From Tubulanus polymorphus (lineage: Eukaryota > Animalia > Nemertea), in the NCBI RefSeq assembly GCF_964204645.1, contig NC_134031.1, positions 3,038,001 to 3,102,000 on the forward strand: a stretch of 64,000 nucleotides of DNA. Direction: 5' to 3'. Positions 54,386 through 64,000 of this stretch are shown in pieces. Made by a program: the position numbers and the translations under genes. How positions within the stretch are numbered: position 1 is the stretch's first letter; the number at the start of each line of letters is the position of its first letter. A model generated the notes under the pieces. That model was not told the origin of the DNA and did no database searches. It saw only the letters and a list, made by a program, of their open reading frames with translations.

Positions 54386-54810
54386 ATAGTCAACCTCGCT
54401 TAATTCGTATAACTACCTAATTCGTATAAAAATGAAAGGCAAGATTTTTTCCTTCGCTATTCACTTTAATTTCCGTCGATTAATTCGTAATTCGTAAATC
54501 GCAGCCGTATCCACGGTCCCTTTTCTTAAAAACAAAAGAAAGTACGACGCGTAATTCTATCCCATTATTCCGCCTGCTGGCAAGCTTATCAATTACTTGT
54601 CAGTCAAGTCTGAACAATGGCCGTGGCAGCAAGTTTGTTCCAATGCCGTTGGAAACAACTTTTAGCTGGTTTTTATTCGTAGTTTATACGAATAGATAAA
54701 TCGTCAATTTTACGAATTATACATAATTCATACACAATACGAATTAACAATAATCCGTATAATGTCTAATTCGTAGAAAAGAGATACGAATTAAGCTGGT
54801 TTATTGCATT
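54386..54810. mobile_element. pogo/Tigger-like non-autonomous DNA element remnant
   Basis: Left end tatagtcaacctcgcttaattcgta with repeated TAATTCGTA. Right end has repeated inverted TACGAATTA. Confidence 0.55.
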
Positions 54811-55939
54811 ATACAAGTTAATACAAACATGTCCAGAACAGTGGAACTGAATTCTGAGGTAGAAACTATTACAAATTAATGCAATTACATGGAATGTGTA
54901 TAATATCACTTGCCCTTGATCCATCTCAGAAAGCTCATTGTTAAGTCTTCAATTTCAATTTTCAGTCAAAATCAAAATAAGATGAAAACCCACTGTACAA
55001 ATTCAAAAGAATTATAAGACACAACGTCACAACGTTTTGGAGTCTCCCTAGATACCATTGTCAGATGTGAAGAAATAACTAAAACAGGGGAACAGGAAGA
55101 AAAAGTGAATTGAAAAGTAGAGCGGGGATGTTAAGTGCTTAGGTTGAGAGGTTTTGTTATTTTGTGCATAGGTTGTCCTAGTTATTTCTTCATTTACTCA
55201 AGTTTAATTTGATTCTGATTCTTGACGAATAAATTACGTGTCTATTAATCTTTTAAATTTGTATATAGCTGGTTTTAATCATCTATATCTACGCCTGAGT
55301 TAGTGAACAGGCTATTCTACTGCAAAAATGACGTCACAGCATTGTGAGACGGATCAGGGGATGACTCCATTGTTTTTATGGATACATGATTCGCTATCAA
55401 TAAAACCATTACAAACAGAACCACAGTGTCTGTACTGGTCAGCACAATATAAGAATTTTCATTTGGATTTAAAATTTAAAATTGCAGGCACTATATAAAA
55501 ATTTTCATGTGTCATAAAACTTTAAAATTGCAGAAGTCCAAAGTAAGTGGCAGTATATCAATGTCAAGGTAGATGGCGTATTGGTCCGTGTCCCTGTCAA
55601 ATGGCATATTGGTCCCCACTTCGTCCTAGAATAGAAAAAACTTGCGTCTGCAAATATTACATCGAAAATGTTGGATTGAATTAACAGTCAAGTGGGAATT
55701 TCATAAGAGTTTCATAGTTACCGTATAGAACTTCACATTAATAAACCATTATTCAATCTTTGATCAACTTTCAAACTGTTTATTGAAAAAATTTCATGCT
55801 GCAAAAAATCATACCATGAGAACAATTAGCATCAAATTTACAAAAACTCAGTCAGAAAAAGCAGTGAGAAATTGGGGCTAAATACTATTAGAAAACCAAC
55901 CATTTTCAAACTTGTGTTTATTTGATGGCAGTCTTCTAA

Positions 55940-58900
55940 ATGTTGTACCATTTTGACCATGCAGACCATTTCCATTTCTAGCAGAATTTCACTTCCAAGA
56001 GCCATAATGTCATAAACTTTAGAGCACTGGGGATTTACTGGAAGAAAATGAATTTACAAGTAATTGAAATTGTTTTATAACAAGCGAGAACCAGGTTGAA
56101 TCATGAAGAGAAAATTACTTGGTTTCTTATAGAAATAATAGCATCTTCAGCAACGAGCTTCTTCAATATTTGAAGGTGAATATTCTCAATTTCTCAAGCT
56201 GCAATTCGTGTCTTGTGCATTGCATTCTGGAAAGAGAGAAGTTATGCCAGAAAATAATTGGTGAAATAAATAGAAACTGCAGCGTGTTTGTGTTCGATTA
56301 AAAGAAAACCCACCAGGCTTTTGAGGTGTTCATCACAATCCGTTGAGTGTACGCGGATTTTTGACCGACCATTTTGCTGACTTGAAGATCTTTTGAAACC
56401 GGACGAAAAATGATAAACATATTTTATAACTGATAAATCCCCACAAATTACTGCAATAAATCGATATAAAACTCACTGCTTCTAACTAGTGTTTGATTTG
56501 TAGGATGTGATGTTTACTGTTTGCAGCAGTTCAGCTTCATTTTGGCCCCTAAAATAAAAAAGTTGTATAATTTTGACTTGATAATTGTAACTTTGAGCAA
56601 GAAAAAAGTGATCGAAAATTCACCTTATCTGTAATTCCATGGTGTTTAATTCGAGTGCAATGATTTCAAATTCTTGACTGTTTCAAGCTCAGAAGTTATT
56701 CATCATTATAGTGTTGAACTGGATGGTTATAAAACACAAAGCTCTTTAACAGGAAATGACTTTATACATTCATTCACAGTCAATCAGCAGCAAGTCTTTA
56801 GATACTGGAATCTGCAGAGATATTCACCGGTGCTTGTTTCGAGGATCAAAAGCAATGTACACCATTAACAAATCTTCAGTGAACTCCTAGCATTTAGTAT
56901 TCACAGATTCTGTCAGGGGTCCGCTTATTTCGGCTCCTAAAATACAAATGTATTAATGTTAGATATTGTCAGTTAAGTTGTTATGAAATAAGAGCTGTTT
57001 CAGATTGAAGCTCACAGCTTTCGTCTCGCTTGTTTGCAGAATTGTTAGGCTACGTGTGAGGAGAATCTAGCGATATGTTCGAAGTGAACATTGAACCAGG
57101 TCTTGCTGTAAATTTCAGGAGCTGTAAATTCTAGTGATGAACTTTATTCTGTCAAGAGAAAGAATTGATTAGTGAAATAAAGAAACATCACATGTATGTC
57201 TGCAACCGGTATTCTGAAAATTTCTATTTTTCTTACCTGTTTTGATTATTGTAGCAAATTGCCCACGATATTTCCCGAGGAAGAGATTTTGATAGGGGAT
57301 CCAGCAGCAGCACTTCTTACAAAGCTTTTGAGAGAATGACACATAAAAATTCAGTATAGAATAATATATTGCTAGGTTATCATCAAATTAGAGAAAAACT
57401 CACCATTTCCAGACTTGTATCGGATTAGTTTAGTGCCTTATGACCATCCATTTCCAGCAAGATTTCACTTCCCAAGAGCCATAATGTCATAAAGATGAGA
57501 GCACTGACGATTTCCTGAAATAAAGAATACATGAATGATTGAACCGTACAGTTATATAGTCTACTAGGTTGAATTGGGTAGCGAAAATCACTTAGTTTCT
57601 CATGAAATAGCAGCTTCAGCAACAATAACAAGCTTCCTCATTATTTGATGGTGAATATTTTCCATTTTTCCAGCACAATTTGTGATGGGCGCACCGCATT
57701 CTGGAAAGAGAAAAATCATACCAGAAAATAATAAGTGAAATGAATAGAAAATGCAGCTTGTTTGTGTTCAATGGACCGAAACCCACCGCATGTTGAGTGT
57801 ATGCAGATTTCTGAGGAGTCTGATGGTATCTATAGAATATACTCTAAAATAAAATGTACAAATTCGATTCATCATTTATGGAACTGGATGGTCATAAAAG
57901 AAAAACTTTTTATCAGGAAATTACTTCATACATTTAGTCAAACAGTAGCAAGTTTTATAGAGACTGGAATCTGCAGAGATATTTACCGGTGCTTTTTGAA
58001 ATGAGAGGATCTAAATCAAAGTCAATCATTTACAAATCTTCAGTGAATCCCTAGCGTTAGTGTTCCCTGATTCTGTCAAATGTTCTGCTTATGTTGGCTC
58101 CTAAAATACAAATGCATAATTGCTATAAATTGTCAGTTAAGTTGTTATGAAATAAGATCTGTTTCAGATTGAAGCTCACAGCTTTCATCTCACTTGTTTG
58201 CGGAACTATTGGGATGCATGTGAAGAGGATCTAGCAATCAATATGTTTGAGGTGAACTTTGAACTTGGATCTTTTGAGCTGTAAATTCTGGTGCTGTATG
58301 GGTTTCATTCTGTAAAGAGAAATTGATTAGTGTATTAAGAAACATTACATATGCGTCTGCTTTTCTGGAATTAACTATTTTTCTTACCTGTTTTGATTAT
58401 TGTCGCAAATTGTCCACAATATTTCCCGAGGAGATTTTGATAGGGGATGCAGCAGCAGCAGCAGCAGCAGCACTTCTTACAAAGCTTTTGAGAGAATGAC
58501 ACATAAAAATACTGTATAGAATAGTTTATTTCCAGGTGTTTATCAAATTAGAGCACGGTGGAGTGAAAAACTCACTTGACTATCGGATTAAGTTTAGTAC
58601 CATTTTGACCATGCAGACTATTTCCATTTCTAGCAGGATTTCACTTCCACGAGCCATAATGTCATAAGTTAAGAGCACTGATGATTTCCTGAAGAAACTA
58701 AAACATAGATAATTGAAGCACACAGTTGTAAAACAAGCAAGAACCAGGTTGAATTATGTAGAGAAAATTACTTACTTATAACACCACAAATTACTGCAAT
58801 AAATCCATATAAAACTCACCACTTCTGACTTTGATTTGTAGAACGCAATGTTCCAGATTTTGTTCACCTTCATTTTGTCCCCTAAAATACGAATGTTTTA

Positions 58901-59360
58901 GAGTAGCATACAAGTTGTTATGAAATAAGAGCAGTTTTAAACCGTATCTCACCATTTTCTCAACGTTTTTAAGCTAACAGTATTTGAGGTCGGCTGTTGG
59001 TTGCTAAAACCTCAAACGCTCTGTCCGCTGAAAATATGTATGAAAAGCATAACACGTCGATAATTTCAACTTCGATCAGGATTTAAAATGATTGAAAACT
59101 CACCTCAAACTGCTGTGATATGAAAAATAAACAGATAGATGATGAATACTGATGATAAATTACCAAACTGGGTTTTACCTGCTGCTGGTCCTGTGTGTTT
59201 CTGAAATGAGAGTAAAACAGCAGATGAGATTAAAACAGCAGTTTTTAGTTCGTAAATAATTCAAATCGTCGACAGAGACTCCTGAGAATTCTGTAGAGAA
59301 ATTCATCTCTAGCTTTGAACTTAACTTTCAGATAGTAGATTCTATTGGCTTTATTTGATG
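55940..59360 (-). ncRNA. Candidate multi-exon non-coding transcript (or decayed pseudogene) built from duplicated small exon-intron modules
   Basis: Series of polypyrimidine-AG acceptors and GTGAGT/GTAAGA donors with introns of about 65-95 nt. Modules are repeated 2-3 times. The exons I tested have stops in all three frames. Confidence 0.55.
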
Positions 59361-59689
59361 CTGAAAAGAAAAAGAAACAATAATCAGTGATCACAGAGCA
59401 GCAAGCGACATCTCAAAGCTTTCAATCAATCAGAAACTGGTGTCAATAACAGTTAACAACAACTGTCAACAACTGTGATCAATTATTTTCCTTCGCCACA
59501 ATCAAATGTGTTCACAATTTTGCTGTAGATCTCAGACTGATTGAACAGTTACAGATACATGTAACATCGTGTACAGTTATAGAGTACAGATTACTGCATT
59601 AGTTCATCCTGTGATTGAACAGTGAATTGTTCTCTCATCTTCACAATTCCCATCCGTCTAACTAAAACATCGTAACACTTCAACTCATC

Positions 59690-60115
59690 TAACCTCCCGT
59701 CCCGACCCTCCCAGACCCCATCCCTCCCGCCCTCCCAGACCCCTTCCCTCCCGCCCTCCCAGACCCCTCCCCTCCCCCCTCCCAGACCCCTTCCCTCCCC
59801 CCTCCCAGACCCCTTCCCTCCCGACCCTCCCGGACCCCATCCCTCCCGCCCTCCCAGACCCCATCCCTCCCTCCCTCCCAGACCCCATCCCTCCCTCCCT
59901 CCCAGACCCCAACCCTCCTGCCTCCCTCCCAGACCCCAACCCTCCTGCCTCCCTCCCAGACCCTAACCCTCCCGCCTCCCTCCCAGACCCCATCCCTCCC
60001 TCAATGCCCACCCACCAAGCCCTCCCACAATGCCCACCCACCAAGCCCTCCCCCAATGCCCACCCACCAAGCCCTCCCCCAATGCCCACCCACCAAGCCC
60101 TCCCTCAATGCCCAC
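59690..60115. repeat. C-rich low-complexity minisatellites (CCCTCCCAGACCCCAT-type, then CAATGCCCACCCACCAAGCCCTCC-type)
   Basis: Directly visible; the minus strand is rich in G-runs. Confidence 0.9.
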
Positions 60116-60957
60116 TTATCAGGTCTCCTCAACTCTTTCGTCTCTTCATCACTCATCTGTACAATACCTCAAAAAAGGACTTGCCATTTTTCACGATCAT
60201 ATCAATTGAATTAACAAATATAAATACTTAATCGATTGCATCATTCACAAGGCTCAGAGATGAAGGGATTCAAATGATCAAATACCAAGTTCACAAACTA
60301 ATCAGTGTCGAAAATCACAAGGCCTCATTTCTATCATGTTTCTATAGATGATTCCTTTATCAATAGGTCAACCAGGGCCGTGATAGATTTCATTTATCAA
60401 ATGGAGTGAGTTTCAGTTGTAGAGGTGTTTATCTCTAAATTATCGAACCAAACCTAAGAAACTAAACTAACATTGCTGTAAAGGAGGAAGGTATGGAGGG
60501 TTCACGAGAACCAGGCCGAATCTCTACACTCACAATGCTGTGTGGAGGGCAAACACAAACCAAGGACAAGAATGATGGCTGATTCGGATACTAGATCAAA
60601 AACTAACAAGGCTATTCATGTTGCTTCACGAATTCAACAAGTCATCATTCTCATTATGAAACCATTGTGGACTAATGACAGTTGGTAGTCAGATTAGACA
60701 TTTCTATCCCTCTATCACTACTACTGCTAGAGGCTTTACATGAGCAAGTTGTTTTATGGAATTCTTTTCATAAGATTAATTAATCAATGTTTATGAACTG
60801 CCTATGTCTATATGCTACAAAATAGATAATAAACGATCTGTCTTTTCAAGTTACACATGAACCCAGTGGAACGAATAAAACTACAGCCATATCTCATCGT
60901 TTGCCATTTTTTCCTATTTTCTTTTTCGGTCTTTTTTGTTTCAGCACACATAATTCT

Positions 60958-61153
60958 TTTTTTGAGTCGAGGCAGGAATAGACCCCTGCCCGCCCTCTGA
61001 GCGTGCAGGACACTAAACCTTCGAATTGCTCTCGGACCACACTCTTTATATTCTTCTTTGTGCTTTTGAGTCGAGGTAGGAATAGACCCCTGCCCGCCAT
61101 CTAGGCCAGCAAGACACTAGACCTTCGAATTGCTCTCGAACCTCACTCTTTAT
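60958..61153. repeat. Two direct copies of an about 90-bp GC-richer element
   Basis: TTTGAGTCGAGG(C/T)AGGAATAGACCCCTGCCCGCC...CCTTCGAATTGCTCTCG...CACTCTTTATAT occurs twice. Confidence 0.85.
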
Positions 61154-61535
61154 ATCAGCATTTTATGCTGTTTTACATTCGCTTCATATCTTTCTTTACA
61201 TATGGCTTTTTCTTATTGGCTTTTCCCATTTATCTTCTCACTGGCACTCACCAGTTCCAACTGGGTTCATATTTATACGTCAAATTTCTTGTAGAGATAA
61301 ACAGCAATAAATCAATGACAGTAACATGTTTTTGTTGATTTAGAGAATCCCTCACAGCTGCCAATAAAACCAGTAGTAGCAGTAGCACTGATATACAATA
61401 TTGTATACAGATGATTCTTACATTAACAACGTCATTAGTTCCACGTAAATCATTTCATCCTCAAATAGATTTGTGAAGACAACAGAAATAAATCATGTTT
61501 TTATGGACTTTTATAGCTTAAGATATTTCATTCAT

Positions 61536-62341
61536 AGCCCTGGTTTGGTGACCAAAGAGTCAAAGTTTGGTTCACAGCCCTGCTTTGGTGACCAAAGAGT
61601 CAAGGTTTGGTTCACAGCACTGGTTTGGTGACCGAAGAGTCAAAGTTTGGTTCACAGCCCTGGTTTGGTGACCAAAGAGTCAACATTTGGTTAACAGCCC
61701 TGGTTTTGTGACCAAAGAGTCAGAGTTTGGTTAACAGCCCTGGTTTGGTGACCGAAGAATCAACATTTGGTTAACAGCCCTGGTTTGGCGACCAAAGAGT
61801 CAAAGTTTGGTTCACAGCACTGGTTTGGCGACCAAAGAGTCAACATTTGGTTTACAGCCCTGATGTGGTGACCAAAGACTCAACATTTAGTTAACAGTCC
61901 TGGTTTGGTGACCAAAGAGTCAAAGTTTGGTTCACAGCCCTGGTGTGGTGACCAAAGAGTCAAAGTTTGGTTCACAGCCCTGGTTTGGTGACCAAAGAGT
62001 CAACATTTGGTTAACAGTCCAGGTTTGGTGACCCAAGGGTCAACATTTGGTTCACAGCCCTGGTTTGGTGACCAAAGATTGGAACTTTGGTTAACAGTCC
62101 AGGTTTGGTGACCCAAGGGTCAAAGTTTGGTTCACTGCCCTGGTTTGGTGATCAAAGATTGGAACTTTGGTTAACAGTCCAGGTTTGGTGACCTAAGAGT
62201 CAAAAATTGGTTCACGGCCCTGGTTTGGTGACCAAACAGTCAATGTTTGGTTCACAGCCCTGGTTTGGTGACCAAAGCTTTAAAGTTTGGTTCACTGCCC
62301 TGGTTTGGCGACCAAAGTATCAACATTTTTCACGGCCCTGG
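61536..62341. repeat. 40-bp tandem minisatellite (CAGCCCTGGTTTGGTGACCAAAGAGTCAAAGTTTGGTTCA), about 20 units
   Basis: Contiguous units with point variants and no unique spacers. Confidence 0.95.
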
Positions 62342-62579
62342 TTCAATAACTATACTAAGTTGGCATTAAACTAAGAATAACTCAGATATTTGATAAATTA
62401 CATGCGGAGCAGTTTTTAGCCATTAAATGGTCACCGCTGAAAAAATGCACATAACATGAAATTGAGCTTTGCATGTTTTAAAAACTGGCCATAATGGATA
62501 GATCAGACACAGTCACCCACATGATCACATGTATAAAGCTTAATCTAGCACACTAGCATCAAAGCCACCACAATAAGTA

Positions 62580-62870
62580 CACCGGCGTCAAAATAACCTA
62601 GTGTGAGGGGGCAATTTCTAGGCATTTTTTGCTTGATATTTTTTGACGCAACGCGCCAAGTTCGCCTGAGTGTGCGCCTAATTCTGTATCAGTGCCGCAG
62701 GATTTAGTTTCAATGCGCATGCGTGACCTACTTGCCACTTGACCTACAATAGTGACAGATGCAGCGGTTGAAGCTGCATGGTTGTTGCTAGTGTGCGGGA
62801 AAAGTTTTCGGTGTCAATGTCACTGATAAATTGTCGCGGCGTTGTTGTTGCCGCAGCTTTGAGGCTAGTG
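62580..62870. promoter_or_regulatory. Putative CpG-rich promoter with NRF1-like site
   Basis: CpG density returns after a depleted block. TGCGCATGCGT at about 62714 resembles the NRF1 consensus. Confidence 0.35.
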
Positions 62871-64000
62871 TGCTTTTAGATTGAACCCTAAATGGGTTCA
62901 CAATCTGTACTAATTAATGTCAAAAATTGAACTAATTAGAGTCTGGAATAATGCATCGATCAAACATCTAAGAGCTACGTCATATAAACTTGACAAATTG
63001 AAGCACTGATAAAATTTCAAATACTTAAACTGCAGAGGATGAAAATAACTTTCAAATAAACTGATATGATCGTGGAAAATGGCTAAATAATCTAACTGTC
63101 ACAAAGAGAAATAAAGCTAACCATTGACAAAACACTAGAGTATCCCGCAATGAAACCAAAAATATATTAAGTTTGAAAATGTTTCTTTGGATTTGCGCAG
63201 TTCATTCTATGTTTCGACTACATTCTAATATTCATCAGGAATGAGAAATATAGCTGCAAAGCAGCGATAACGGATTTTCTGCTTTAATGATTTCGCGATC
63301 GCGATCAACTAGCGATAACGGGTTTTCTGCTTTAATGATTCCGCGATATTGAACAACTCGGAAGTGATAAAGTCCGTATTGAATTAATTCATCCAAATCT
63401 TATTCCGCATAATTCAATAGGTGCTGCCGATTCACTGCGAAGGGACATACCAGAAGCTAGTTGCTTATTGTCATGTGCTCTAGTTATTGCTAATTTGCTT
63501 ATTCATAATTGCTTGTTCGTCTGCTAGCGCCACCTTGGTGTATATTTCTGTTATTAACTGCATGATTATCAAAAGATGATACCCAGTATAAAACCATCGT
63601 CCCGCGGATGGCATCAAGATTGCCAAGGTACAAAACCCTGCCATGGTCCTGAGGATGACAACAAGCAATTGGCAATTTGCAACTACGATAAATGTTTACG
63701 ACTCTACAGCGCTTTCATGACGGTGATTCATCAAAATACAGCTGCCGCATTTGTAGATCTTAAGGATCCTTATGATTTTATCGGAATCATATTTTTGGTA
63801 AGGAACATATTTCACACGTAAGTCTAATGGGTTCGAAAGCCCGCTCGTAAACTTGGAAGTGATGAATATTTATGGGATTGCATTGTTATCAATGAATACG
63901 AATACTAATTACATTCCAACCATTTCTATGGTACATATATAGAGGAAAAAACAATATTTACAATTAATAACAACATACGCAATTACATCAAAATGAAGAA

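Noticed and set aside
55940-59360. Classical snoRNA host gene
   Set aside because: Most introns are about 65-95 nt, too short for typical snoRNAs, and I found no convincing C/D or H/ACA boxes by eye.
59685-60231. Gly-rich and Pro-rich ORFs
   Set aside because: Translations of low-complexity C-rich repeats.
61536-62341. CRISPR-like 40-bp array
   Set aside because: Units are contiguous without unique spacers; an ordinary minisatellite.

Overview
Eukaryotic (invertebrate animal, probably lophotrochozoan-like; inference) genomic DNA with GT-AG introns, many of them only 65-95 nt. Left to right: (1) the 5' end of a Ty3/gypsy LTR retrotransposon on the minus strand (754-bp LTR, tRNA-Phe primer-binding site, gag running off the window edge); (2) a two-coding-exon minus-strand gene for an unrecognised four-TM membrane protein with a 54-Gln tail; (3) repeat-rich DNA with MITEs, minisatellites, a 2.5-kb tandem duplication and Penelope-like palindromes carrying hammerhead-ribozyme cores; (4) a four-exon SLC7A14-like cationic amino-acid transporter (760 aa) whose last intron holds a same-strand intronless 349-aa methyltransferase-fold ORF; (5) a convergent 11-exon, highly divergent DEG/ENaC channel gene (about 669 aa) with a large insertion in the knuckle region; (6) a CpG-depleted block (about 53.5-62.5 kb) containing an array of small, internally duplicated minus-strand exons with intact splice sites but no reading frame, a candidate multi-exon non-coding RNA gene. 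All gene models were assembled by hand from splice signals and phase consistency; no database searches were run.
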